A stretch of DNA of 64,000 nucleotides, taken from positions 1,488,001-1,552,000 of the forward strand of contig NEEC01000019.1 in assembly GCA_002189035.1 (NCBI GenBank). Direction: 5' to 3'. Under the pieces are notes generated by a model. That model did no database searches, was not told the DNA's origin, and saw only the letters and a list, made by a program, of their open reading frames with translations. Of the stretch, positions 10,902 to 23,632 are shown piece by piece (positions within the stretch are counted from its first letter, which is position 1; each line of letters starts with the position of its first letter). Source of the stretch: Utricularia gibba. Its lineage: Eukaryota > Plantae > Magnoliophyta. A program made the translations under genes and the position numbers.

Positions 10902-13900
10902 TTACAACCGCTCAAACGGAGAAGGGCTCAGCAGTGACTCTTCCACCTCCCGGAAACCGACGTACACTGGAGTCGTTTGGTGCGCCGGAAGTGGCAGCCG
11001 TTTCACCTCCGCCATGTACCTGGTTTTCCAGTCACCAAAAAACACGCAGCATATGAGCTAATGATGCAAAGAGCAGGTGGAAGGAGATGAAACTAGAGAC
11101 TCCCACCTGTTGGCTGCGCTTGTGATCTTATCACGGATGCCTTTATTGACTGTTGTGTGACCGGCTGAAAACTGTCCGCCCAGAATTAGGGAAGCTCCGG
11201 CGGCGCTTGTGCCCATCTTCTGAGCAAAAATCGTCATTGCCCACTCGCGAACTATGACCAGAATCGATCGGAGAATCCGAAGCCGTAGAACCGGAGATGG
11301 AAGAATTGCGCCATTCGATAGCAGCTGGTCGTAGGTGTTGAGTACAGGTTCAACTGATCCCTTGCAAGCAGCAAGGATGGACCTTGCTACGTCTTCGTCG
11401 CCAATGGTTTCAACTCCGGAAGCCACTCGCTCCTATCATCATTCAAGTGGCATCTTGTTACAGAGAGAGGATGTGATAGAAGAAAACACAATGGAATGAT
11501 TCTTCAACGGAGGCCAACAGTGAGCTCTTACCTGAGCTGCCTTCTCAAGATGAAGGCACAGTGTATCCAATGGCAAATTAGTTCCATCTCCGGGAAAAAC
11601 TTGTGAGCCAACTCTTTTAAGCACCTCACATGCTTCAGCAATGCCACCTTTAAGAATGGATTTATCGATCAGTCTAGCCCATGTCTCTCTCAAAATGCTG
11701 CTATCTGCATCACTGGAGTAACTAGCGAAGTACTGCATTTCCAAGCATTCCTGAAAACAGGCAGGCCATGGGGTAAACCATCTTTAAACTATTATGCAAG
11801 GACAGAAGAGAAGATGAAAATGCAAAGCATTTGTATGAATGCACAACTGCAATTAGAATAAGATTTTCTGTAGTCATTACGAACCTCCCAGAGCTCAAAA
11901 GGCAAAGCGTATTCGTTGTATAATTGGGTGATGGGTTTTAAGTCCACTGACAACTCCCGAGCCTTCTCTCTGAGTAAAAGAACACTACCAGAAGTATCAG
12001 GTCCACTATATGCAGATTCTGACTGAGCAGCTTCCATATTCGAAGCTGTAGTCTCCAGTACATTTTTAATCTTCATCTGAAACTGAAGAATAGTGAGCTT
12101 ATCATCGAGAATATCAAGAAGTCCAGCATTCCCTCCAAATCCATGAAGATTATCAGATCCAGTGCCACTCTTTGCCTGCAGAACAGCATTACTCAGGTAC
12201 TGGTGCCTGCCAAAACAAAGAAAACTTTAATATTTACCTTCAAAAGAAAAAGGAATGAGCTCTCAGAAACCATTCCAAGAACGGAAAATTTGATTAGTGC
12301 TGTGTTTAATTTATCCTGACAAAAGAAATATACATAATACCTTTGCTCAAGGGTTGGTGTATTTGCAGAATCTGCACGCCTTTCTGCCAACCTGAACAAT
12401 ATTTGAGCAGCCAGACCATGTTGCCGTTTTGAGACATAATACCTTGCCAGAAGTTCGGTGTACTTTTTCTGGGGAGATGGTAGAGGTTGGCGAGAGTGAC
12501 CCATAGGAGAAATACGAGATGCAGCCCAAGGATCTGCTACCTGAAAGAGAGATGGTAGAGACGATTACTGAATGCTATATAAATTTTTTCTAGGGAAGAT
12601 AGTCAACCATTCTGTTTCAGCATAATGATTAGAAAAAAATGTAGAGAAAAAGCTTCTTCTAGTATGTGTAAATATGACACGAATCAAGCAATCAAGAAAT
12701 GAATCAAGTGATAAGAATGAAACCTCTTGAGTAGATTCACGTCCAGCATTTTGTAAGAACTGGACCAAATCTGGTCCTCCATATTCTAACAACTCATCAT
12801 CGAAGCCTAGATCAATAAGTGTACGATACAGATACTCATGGAAAAGTTTGTCTGAAGATTGAACACCAAGTTGAATGATCTGGCATATGTACTTCCTTCG
12901 AGAAGCCTGATCAACGGCAGTTTCAACAGGAGGCCGGAAAGTAGATCTAGAATCCTTTCCTGAAACCTCACCTTTGAGAGAACGCAGAGCATTAGCCACA
13001 ATTTCATAACACTGAATACGGGTTGAAAGTGCATGCTCTCGAACTGCCAATTCTATCTGATCATTGTAAGCTTCACCATCTGGATCTAGAGCATGGGCCC
13101 TCAGCAAAGGTAATCGGACAACAGCTTCATAGAATCTGCAAGGTCATAAGTAAGCAGGAAAGCTCTCGACTATTTCACAAATGTCAATCCACAAAAACAA
13201 ACCTTAAATCTTCAAAAAGTTTGCACACGGAGCGTATATCAGCAAATGCAGGGATTTTACTCAGATGATTAAATGCCTCCCTAGCTAGGGATTCCCTTTC
13301 CTCTGCACCAGAAGCACTAGCAGCTTTTTTAAGACATTCAACTGCTACATAGAACATTCGATCAGTTTCCCAGTAATAACTTGGACAACCATCACGCATT
13401 CGGTTACTGATATCATCTACTGTTCCCCTCCCATCAGGACCTGTATAGTACTGAATGCATGGATAACATATGTAAGTGATTAAAGGCTCGTTTTAAACAT
13501 TATAAAAAATATGAAGAAAATAAGTTACGCTATATGAAGAAACAGACATAAATAAAAGCTTCAGAATACAATTATGAATCAACTTGAGGAGGCTAATAAT
13601 TAAACCAACTGAAAGGTGGCATACCTCCATCAGAGCATAAATAAGCCTTCTTGAAAATCTATCTCCGGCTTCTGAGCATACTAACTGGTTGAATGTTAAC
13701 TCAACTACTGCTTGCCTGTCGCTTTCGTCAAAGCTTTGAACCAGACGCACAACAGCATGTTGTGAAAGAATTTGAAGCAAAAAAAGTGCTTCTCCACATC
13801 TAAGAAGCAACTGTCTAATGCACTCCATAGCTCTTACCTAAAAAAACCATATGCTTAATCACAAAGGTGGAAATATGCCAAATGAAGAAATTGATGAGAA

Positions 13901-16886
13901 ATAATATGCAATGAACCTCCATGGCAGCCAAGTCAGCTCCACTATATGGCATACGCTGCTTTTTGTTCGAAGATTCACCCTCCCAGAATCTCTTGAACCA
14001 AACAGATTCCGTGCCATACTTCTGTCACCAGCAACTAGATCTGATCCGGATCCAATTAAGATCGAACCAGTAATATCTCCCATGCCAGAAACATATCCAT
14101 GAAGTCCTCGCCTCATATTCCATCGAGACCTTAGAAATTTCTCAAGGGAACGAATCTTATCTTCAAGAAGATGCATTGCAGCAAGAGAAAGTCGACAACT
14201 TATAATGCCATCATGAGGGATACTATCTGCTGACGGAGAGCCACTTCTAATGACAAAAACAGGAAAGTCCCACAGTGGCAGAAGTAACCTTGACGTGCAG
14301 AGACACAAACCCTCATACGCACCTGAAAAGATTGGTTCAGATTCTTGAACGACCTGACCCATGCTGAAACCCCCAGAAACATTTCTAATGGTTGATGGCC
14401 CACCACTTCCTTCTAACTGCGGCAGTCCAACGACTCTGGATCATCAAAAGTTTCAGCTGCCTTCTCAGCAACTACATTGCTTATGAATGTCCCAGTACAT
14501 GCTATACGTGCAGCAAGCAGTAAACACATTGCAGCTGCTTCTCCCGCACCAAAACGACTAAAAAAGTCCTCAATGAGCGATCTTGGTGGGTTAGACTCAA
14601 GCAATCTCCTTAAAATTTCAATTGGCCTGTTAAAAGCTATTTCCATCACACCCATCGTACTGAATATGATCATTTCTCTTCTAGGCAATATATGCTGAGT
14701 AGAAAGGTCACCTCTAGCCCAAAGTTTCAGGGAGGCCTTTTCAGAAGACTCATGTGGACACTGATATCCACAAAGCCCTGATTCTGAATACAAGGACTCC
14801 ACAACGGATGCTGTGTCTTGCTGGTGAAAGACATCGGCCACAAAAAGCATTCTACCATCAACAGGAAGTGATGATACTGATTCTTTAAGTGCACGAGAAC
14901 TCCGTGGACCTGTTACCAGACTCCCAGAAGCAGAGGATTGAGAAATAGAATCTCTTTTAACAATTAGAAGAGATGAAAGAGCAGATGGAGATGAATCAGA
15001 GAGGATCAAAACAGAAGAAGAATAATGCGCCGATTCAATTTTCAATGCAAAGTCATCACTTTGAGATCTTCCAGCAAGAGATAGAACTCCTCCAGTAGGA
15101 GGAGCAGGTCTAGTAGACACAACCTTTAAGCAGCTGGGTCTTTGGTTATTTGATTCAAGCCCACCGTTGTTTCCACCTGATGAATATGTTGAGAGGTACA
15201 TTCTACGTCCATCGGACAAAATGGCGACAAGATGCACCCAATTTGACTCCAAGGTTGATACAGGGAACATGCACACTATAGAACATTTGGCTGATCGAGG
15301 AGCCCTTGAGCCTGCTGGCTGTCTGCCACCATGAGCAATCAAGTCTCTCTCTTCAGCCACCTTCTTGACTGGGCCATCTCCACCTGGCCCAAGTGAGAAC
15401 ACTTGTATTTTCATCTCCTCAGATCGTGCATATAAAATATTCCTCTCAGAATCAACCACCATTTCAACTATAGGATCAACAGCTCCAAATTTGAAAACAT
15501 TTGGAACAATCCACCTAAGCAAACGGAAATATCATGGCTGAGAAAACTCTAAGATATCGAGAACATAAGCGAAAAGCATTTACGAAACTCTATGGGTTGA
15601 GAAATATCATGGCACCGAAAGGGACTTAAGTAGAAGGATAATGATACCTTGAAATTAAACTTCCCAAGCCACCAGTTATGCACACCTTACGACAATGATT
15701 TTGCCAACCCAAACCATTTGTATACTGCAAAGTATATAGATGACCATCCCTGCCAGCTAGAAATATATGGCCATCAGCAGTGCTAGTGACACACGTCATG
15801 GTCACCCCATCAGATGAAATAGTATACTCTTGTAGCGGTTGCAATGAGACCTCTGAATACAGGTCAGCTTTACCACCTCTTCCAGAACAACATACCCCAA
15901 CAAGAACAATCTGTAGTACGTGTAAGATGGAAAAATCTAAGTTTTAAAGGATTAAAATAAAAGGAGTTTCCAACATATTTACCACGCACCATATGTGATA
16001 TTTGTACCCATGCATACCAAAAAAAAAAAAAAACGGAAATCAAGATTATGAATACAACCTCAACTGGAGTTGCCAGAACTAGAAGATACTGAATGGCCTC
16101 GACAAAAACCCCAGGTGTAGCTTTTGCCAAACCAACAGCACAGATAGCTTGCTCGTCCACACTAAATTCAGCACATTCCCCATCCCTGCATTTGAGTTTT
16201 GCACACATGATTCAACTGTGGATGTACCAAGAACACTCTGAAATCAAAATGTTTTTTTCCTACGGTGAATAGAAATTAAATACGCAATTACCATTTGTCA
16301 AATCTCCAAATAAACAAGGAGTTGTCTACTGAGGCCCAAGCTCTCCTAATTTCTGGAAATATTCCACATAAAGCTGTTCCTTCACCCCCGGCTGCATTGT
16401 ATCTTTGGATCAACACCGGTGGCAGCTCCCACGTGTTTAGAACTTCAACAGGGGGTGCCCACTGCAACAAACATGAAACCAAGTGACTTTATTACGATAA
16501 AAAAAAATAAAGAACATCTTATAACCGATATCACAACTCAAATTTGAATATAAACTTTACTTCAACTCATTGCAGAGCGGCCATCATCTCAATTATCCAA
16601 ACTGAATCTGGCTTAGGGGTGAGCATATGTACTACATGGCTTCCCAATACCACTAAAATAAGATCTTACCTAAAAAAACTGTACCGGCCTAAAAATCCCA
16701 ACTTCCTAAATAGAAACAGAAAATACAAATCACCTCTCGTGGTTGACAAGTGTAGGGGTGGCTCGCATATCTTGAAGCTTCCAAGGATTCTTCAATGTCG
16801 ATGTGCCCAGCAACCTCTCGTCCAATGCGGTCACTTACAACTAAACCCGCGTTGGAGACGTCCTTGAGAATAACCTCGCCATCCAT
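10902..16886 (-). CDS. NUP155: Nuclear pore complex protein NUP155 (multi-exon; two 1-nt deletions at ~14437 and ~13983 in this sequence)
   Basis: N-terminus ..LEASRYASHPY..PRE|W.PPVEVLNTWELPPVLIQRYNAAGGEGTALCGIFPEIRRAWASVDNSLFIWRFDKW; EQAICAVGLAK..PGVFVEAIQYLLVLATPVE; final exon YMAEVKRLPLP...LLSPSPFERL*. Confidence 0.93.
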
Positions 16887-17363
16887 TATCTGCCTTTCTT
16901 CGAGGTCACCCTGAAAACGCAGTGACCGACGCCACCCTCTGCTAATACAAACAACGACTTCAGCAACGACGCCCCTTTCACCAACCGCCGAAGTGAAACG
17001 AAAACCCGAGTAGGATTTCACGAGGGTTTTTCCAAGGACTTGCGACCGCTGGCGGGGTCCAAAATCCAATTTCGCAGTCTTTCAAAACACGATGGGCATA
17101 TTCGTCTTTTGCTTTTTTTCTTGACCTCCAAAGAAAGGGTCATGACGAGTCGTTGGAGGAGTCAAACACGATTTTGTACAAGTTTTCGGATTTATAGATA
17201 TATTTTCCCATTTTCCAATAATGAAAAGAAAATTATTCAAATATCTTAAATATTTATTCAATATATTTCATTCCACACACACAACAAAAGTTTATTCAGC
17301 TTCTTTTACCACACACGGACAAATACACAAACACCTCATCGGCACCGTGATCCTGCTTCTCCT

Positions 17364-17825
17364 CTAACCGGTGATGTCAATGGCCTTGACCTCCGGCTTC
17401 TTGATTTCCACCTTAGGGACTGTAACAGTGAGGACTCCGTTCTCCATGGCCGCCTTCACATGATCCAGCTTCGCGTTCTCCGGCAGCCTGAATCGGCGGA
17501 GGAATTTGCCGCTGCTCCTCTCCACGCGGTGCCACCTATCGTTCTTCTCCTCCTGCTCCTTGCTCCTCTCCCCACTGATCTGCAGAATCGCCCCGTCTTC
17601 CACCTCCACCTTGACCTCCTCCTTCTTCAGTCCAGGAACATCCACTTTGAAGACATGGGCGTCCGCCGTCTCCTTCCAATCGATCTTCGCGTTCGCAATG
17701 GCGGTTGTTTCCGTTGGAAAATTGGCGATCGCGTTGAGGCCCTGGAAGGGATCCCAGATATCCAGCGAGAATGGATCGAAGATGTTGCTGCGGCGGTTAC
17801 CGAAGAAGCTTGGAATCAGAGACAT
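17364..17825 (-). CDS. HSP17.x-CI: Class I cytosolic small heat-shock protein (HSP17/18), intronless
   Basis: [27 protein letters not shown]...[60 protein letters not shown]...[14 protein letters not shown]. Confidence 0.97.
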   Translation of the reverse strand: MSLIPSFFGNRRSNIFDPFSLDIWDPFQGLNAIANFPTETTAIANAKIDWKETADAHVFKVDVPGLKKEEVKVEVEDGAILQISGERSKEQEEKNDRWHRVERSSGKFLRRFRLPENAKLDHVKAAMENGVLTVTVPKVEIKKPEVKAIDITG

Positions 17826-17921
17826 CCTTGAGGCTTTTTTCTCTTCACAGACTGACTGACGCTTGATTGATTTGGGAACTCGATCGAAAGCTGCTGATGA
17901 TCGACATGCAGGTAGCACAGC

Positions 17922-18046
17922 TATTTATAAGAGCATTTAGAGAACCCCCGGGTTTTCTCGAAGTCTCCAGACACACGGAGCACCTTCCCGTCCGGGCTCG
18001 GTGGAAGTATGTGGGCGTATCGTGAAGCACTAGAATATTCTGGAAA
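17922..18046 (-). promoter_or_regulatory. sHSP promoter: TATA box plus heat-shock elements
   Basis: TATAAATA on the minus strand at 17929-17922; TTCtcGAA at 17955-17962; perfect three-unit HSE aGAAtaTTCtgGAAa at 18032-18046. Confidence 0.85.
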
Positions 18047-18129
18047 TGGCATGAAACTACTCGAACAAGTCTCTTGATGAGGGGATCTGGAAAGATGAGA
18101 ATATTCAGGTAAAAAGATGAATTCCCTCA

Positions 18130-19136
18130 TTCAGCATGTGCATATCCACTGCTCGTGGTTCCATCGCCACTCTTTGGAGGTTAGAAATCTGTACTTGGGA
18201 AGGATGCTCAGATCTGCATCAGTTTGCCTCGTCCTGCAAGATCTGATACAATCTTTCTCAAAGATCAGGCGCTTTCTTCTGCATTGAGAATAGCTATGGT
18301 GCAAGGCAAGCAGGAGGGAAGAGGAAGCCAGGCATGCTACAACACCATACAATATGGCAAAAGTGACATGAATGGCAGGAATAGCACAGCAAGAAATAAG
18401 AGATTTTGCCATTGATTCAGGGTTCATCATGCCACCAAGAAATAGGAACAAGAATCATTCTTCAATTCAGCATGGTCTTTCATTCATAAATGAAGTTCAC
18501 AGACTAGCAGCATTTCTCCTACAAGAGGGATGCATTCACAAGCACAGAGAGAAGAACAGCATTCTTCAAATGAGCATTTCGAGCTTGAATAGAACAAGCA
18601 GTAGGATACGCAAAGATCCAAACCAATGGCAAACAAAAACCATGAATCGCCAGAATCAATCCACAGAAGACAATGAAATGGAGCCGCATCTGGGAACTTT
18701 GTTCCCTTCGGAGCACCAAGGTATTCGACTGCGTCCTCGCTCGCAATATAATTCTCTGCATCTCTACTCCAGTTTATCCCCTACCTCGAAGTCCACCTCC
18801 TGAATTCCATGAAACACTAACCATATGCGCCAGACGCTGAAAAGCATACCCACGAACCCAAATCCTAATCGGGAGATTGATTTTTTCCTTGTTAGTTCAA
18901 AGCAGCATTACGACCCTCAAAATAACGGCATATGAGTGCAACAGCGGGCTTCGAGTATCTCCCATCAGCCTAGGTTACTCAAGAAAACGGGCTGCAGTCT
19001 CGCATACGGGCATCGATGCTGCTGCCCGCTACTGAGCAGTGGATCCAAGAAAACTGATGAGCGAGAGGGGGGCGCCGGATGCGGCGGCTGAAAGCGCGCC
19101 GCCTCCGTTGTCTTGGAGTATCAGCCCGGAAGACAT
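18130..19136 (-). pseudogene. Decayed transmembrane RING-H2 E3 ligase gene (At1g12760/At1g68070-like family)
   Basis: ATG at 19136. Remnant motifs SMPVCETAARFLE*, (R)AD.RYSKPAVAL, VVMLL*TNKEKINLPIRIWVRGYAFQRLAH, CLPCTIAIL and ADLSILPKYRF match the recalled family pattern [28 protein letters not shown]...PIR.WI.GYA.QCL.H...CLPCIIAIL...ADLSILPKYRF. Several in-frame stops and indels. Confidence 0.75.
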
Positions 19137-19401
19137 CTCAATAATTTGGATTCAGCACAAGCTTGCGAGTCGCGAACCCAAACCGTAAGGTGACAGAAGA
19201 CGGTGAGATTACTGAGTGCTTTTTCGGAGCCGTTGCGACTTTGATCACATTCTTCCGGTAACTCCCATTTTCGACCCAATATTTTTGAAATTCTTCATTT
19301 TTCGCCTTGACCCAACATGTATAACAGCTCCTTCCTTACATGCTTACTCACAGCCTTTCATTTAGATTCTGAACCCTACCGCCGTCGCCACGCCGCCAGG
19401 G

Positions 19402-21439
19402 ATGGAGACTCATATGCTGGCATTCAATCATCAGCCATTTCTCAACGCGGTTTCCAGGCGATCCATTGGATGCTCTGCTCGACCCTGCGCAATCCGTTCT
19501 CCGTTCGTATGTCACTCCGAGAGGATGGCCCCTCCGTCGCCATAGTTGGAGTCACCGGTGCTGTCGGCCAAGAGTTCCTCTCCGTAATCTCCGACCGCAA
19601 CTTTCCTTACAGATCCCTCAAGCTTCTGGCATCGAGTAGATCAGCTGGTAAACCCATGACTTACGAAGGCAGAAACTACACTGTGGAAGAACTGACTGAA
19701 GACAGCTTTGACGATGTTGACATTGCTCTTTTTAGCGCTGGTGGAAGTATAAGCAAAAAGTTCGGCCCTGTAGCGGTTGCCAAGGGCACCATTGTTGTGG
19801 ATAATAGCTCTGCATTCAGGATGGATGAGGGGGTTCCCCTGGTGATACCAGAGGTGAATCCTGAAGCCATGGAAGGTATCAAGGTCTCGGGACGCAAGGG
19901 AGCGCTCATTGCAAATCCAAATTGCTCTACCATCATTTGTCTAATGGCTGCCACCCCATTGCATCGGCGTGCTAAAGTAAGGATTTTTATAAGCTGCTTG
20001 TTTGTTTCATTTCTTGTTTGTGATGGAGAAATAATCGTCGCGACGATGAAACATATCGCTTACAGAAAGGTAGACGACTTTGAAGAATATACCTTTGTCA
20101 AAGATTGATTCTTACCTTGCAATTGTTCTTTCATCTTAAATGAGTGACATACGTTTTTCGTATATCTGTTTTTTCAAGTGCTTGGGACACTATTCTTGTT
20201 ACATAATTTTTTATGGGTTTCAAGAATATTCTGACGGTTTAGTCATCCTTTTTGTTTTTGAGTTAGATCTGAGGTCCAATTTATACTTGTTTTGAAGCCG
20301 TGGTGGCAGACATTTTGGATTTGATTTCGATCACTATTAGTTGTATTTCTGAGCTGTAGTTCGGTTTTTCTCGCAGGTAAAGCGCATGGTTGTAAGTACC
20401 TACCAAGCAGCTAGTGGTGCAGGAGCTGCTGCTATGGAAGAGCTCGAACAACAGACACGTGAGGTAAATGAGTTCCTCTTGTTTCTGTTCTCCCCTTTAT
20501 TAGATCTGTGAAATGACGCAGCCTCTTACAGGTTCTAGAAGGGAAGGAGCCTACCTGTAAAATCTTTAAACAACAGGTTTTTCTTTCACATTTGAGTTTT
20601 GGAAACTTCTATAAACCATTTCCAATAAAATACGTTGTTCTGCAGTATGCATTTAACTTGTTCTCACATAATGCGCCTGTGCTTTCAAATGGTTACAATG
20701 AAGAAGAGATGAAATTAGTCAAGGAAACAAGAAAGATTTGGGTAAGCTTTTTGGTTTGGATTTCTGTAAGAATCGACTACAGGCACAATGGTTATTGTAT
20801 CAAACAATTTTGGAATCTACGCTGCAGAATGATAAAGATGTTAAAGTAACTGCCACCTGCATCAGAGTACCTGTTATGCGTGCGCATGCAGAGAGTGTAA
20901 ATCTTCAATTCGAGAATCCTTTAGATGCGGTAAGTGTAAATTTTTATGTAGTAGCACAGATGGAAGCACTTGTTTTTAGTGGTTGAAACCTTTACTGAAG
21001 CCTCCCAACACCCCCACCACCTATTTTGATGCATGAGCTAAATGGTTACTGTTGTTCTTCGCCAGGAAGCAGCACGAGAGATCCTAAGTGAAGCCCCTGG
21101 TGTGGTCATTATCGATGACCGAGCAGCTAACCTCTTCCCTACACCGTTACAAGTCTCAAACAAAGATGAGGTTGCAGTAGGAAGAATACGGCAAGATGTG
21201 TCACAGGATGGAAACTATGGGTAGGCACCCGCGTTCCAGGATTTCCCCCTTCATTCGACTAAATGCATGGCATGACATGCATCCTGCATTTTCGGTTGTG
21301 GAAAATAATTATATACCACTTTTTGTTGTGATCTAATTTGCATTTCTCTTGGATCAGGCTGGACATCTTTGTTTGTGGTGACCAAATACGCAAGGGTGCT
21401 GCTCTTAATGCTGTCCAAATTGCTGAAATGCTGCTATGA
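19402..21439 (+). CDS. ASD: Aspartate-semialdehyde dehydrogenase, plastid-targeted (1-nt deletion at ~19483-19485 in the transit peptide)
   Basis: [91 protein letters not shown]. Confidence 0.95.
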
Positions 21440-22268
21440 ATCTCTCTCCTTCTCAGGTTTGTGCATCAGATGAGCATAAGGTAAAATTTCTTGCAAAAAA
21501 GTTAGTTCAGTGCTCTGTAGCAGCATGTCCTGAAGTTTTCTGGGTTTTACAACTGTATTCCAAACCAGTTGTATGATTTCGGTTCAATTTCCAGTTTTGG
21601 ATGTAATCATGCTCATCAAAACCCAGATTGTTTTTTCTCATTCAACTGACGCTCCAAATTCAGAAGAATATACAGTACAAGATCTTCATGCTCAGGATCC
21701 AACCAAAATGGCGAGATATTAAATTGGTTAAGTAAAAACAACCCGACCCACATGAAAGAACTTGGTCGGAAGCTGGTTACCTGTTTCAGAACACAGCTTT
21801 CCGGCAACAACAGCAAGAACCCAAATCAAAACCAAGTTAGATGGAAGACAGAGTGGTGGATGAGATCTGAAGAAACCGCTTTCAGGCATTTGTACAAACA
21901 GTTGGAAGTCAGGAACCCGAGGAAACCACATTCAAAATTAAATGAATAAGTAATTGCACAGTAAATTAGATAACCCGAATACCAAATCGAATATTCATTT
22001 TAGAACTAAAAAATATAATTTTCCAAGAATTCTTTGTAATTATGTATCGTCAGGTTGCTCTAAAATCAGAACTGGAAATGCCGCTAAACGCGACCATCCA
22101 CAGCTCCCCACCGTGAAGTCCGAGCCATCGGAACAGCATTATACATCGAGAACTTCGGTAAATCCCCCCGCTTCTATTTCCATTGCAGAGCCAGAAACCA
22201 GCTTCGTTTCATTCCATCGGAAACAGTTTTCGCTGGCACGCCGAGAGCAACAAGATTTTGCTGCAGAA

Positions 22269-23444
22269 ATGGATCAGGAGGAGAAAAAAGGAGAAGGGAA
22301 TCCACCGGCACCTCCTGCGGATTGGAAAATCAGCATCCCCCAGGTCAGTTGAAAGCCACGATCAAAAGCCTTCTTGATGGACGGATAAGCCATTTCGATT
22401 ATGGATCGCATTCGCAGACTAAGACGATAAGGGTGAGTAACATATCCGAACAAGTATCAGAGAGAGATGTCTTCGAGTTCTTCACCTTCTCAGGGACAAT
22501 TCAATACATAGAGATGCAGAGGTAAATCGCTGGAAATATACGATCAGAGTGAAAATCAGCACGGCACCAAAAGCTTTCAAGTTTTGCAGGGAAAGCGATG
22601 CTACGCAGCTTGCTTATGTTACCTTCAGGGAAGTTCAGGAAGCAGAAACCGCAGCCCTTTTGACGGTAGGCATCCTTGCTTAATCACTCAGCAGGCGCAA
22701 ATAGGATAACCTTTAATCCTCCAGGGGGCAGTTATATCTGGTCTCAGGGTGTCCATTACTCCTGACAAGGAGTATCAGCTTCCTCCAAACGCAGTGCCCA
22801 TCTTCTCGGTGAGTTGTATTGTGTGTGTCTCGTCCTGATAGATTTGGATGAATGGTCTAGTAAACTATTCCAGTACAGGAGGAGCAAAGTCCGAAAACAG
22901 GGGACTCTGGTTCAGTAGTAAAGAAGGCTGAGGAAACGGTGAGTACAATGCTGGCAAGGGGGTACGCATTAGGGAAGGATGCACTGAACAGGGCGAAGTC
23001 GTTCGACCAGAGGCACCAGTTGATATCGAACGCGACATCGACGGTGGCGTCGATCGATCGCAGGATCGGTCTGAGCGAGAAGCTGAGCATCGGGACCACG
23101 ATGGTGAATGAGAAGGTGAAGGAGATGGATGAGAAGTACCAAGTTTCCGGGATTACCAAATCGGCTCTGGCTGCCGCCGAGCAGAAGGCGACTGACGCCG
23201 GGTCGGCGATCCTCATCAATCCGTATGTCTCGAGTGGGGCTTCGTGGTTACGAATGCGTTGAGCGCCGTATCGAAGGCGGCGGAGGATGTGGGTGCCATG
23301 ACCTTGGAGAAGCTTGCTGAGGAGCAGAAGAAAGAAGCTCAGCAAAAAGAGAATGTTGCGCCTGCTCCAGAGCAATCAAATGAAGGTGAGAAAGGTGGCG
23401 CTGCTTCTATTCCTGCCACGTCTGCTGACGAGGAACACGTCTGA
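22269..23444 (+). CDS. BPA1-like: RRM protein, BPA1 (binding partner of ACD11)-like (1-nt deletion at 23246-23247)
   Basis: TKTIRVSNISEQVSERDVFEFFTFSGTIQYIEMQR|ESDATQLAYVTF...AETAALLT|GAVI; KKAEETVSTMLARGYALGKDALNRAKSFD; IGLSEKLSIG. Confidence 0.88.
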
Positions 23445-23632
23445 TTTTTCTGATGTGTTCTTTTTTTCGGATTTTATATAATATAACATATATTTCAATG
23501 TAAATAAATATATATGGAACCATCAATAAATAACTGTAGAGAGTGTATGTGGGGCCCACGAGCAGGTTGGTATAAATAACTCTTTCACGCAGTTTCTGAA
23601 CCGTTCCATACAAAGTACTTCCAGTTTCAAAC

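Noticed and set aside
10902-16886. NUP155, LysRS, RPI, ASD etc. as pseudogenes or programmed frameshift genes
   Set aside because: Each break is a lone 1-nt deletion in a short run with otherwise intact coding sequence; assembly error is the simpler explanation.
21600-21960. Short ORFs between ASD and the RRM gene
   Set aside because: No homology recognised and no supporting splice structure.
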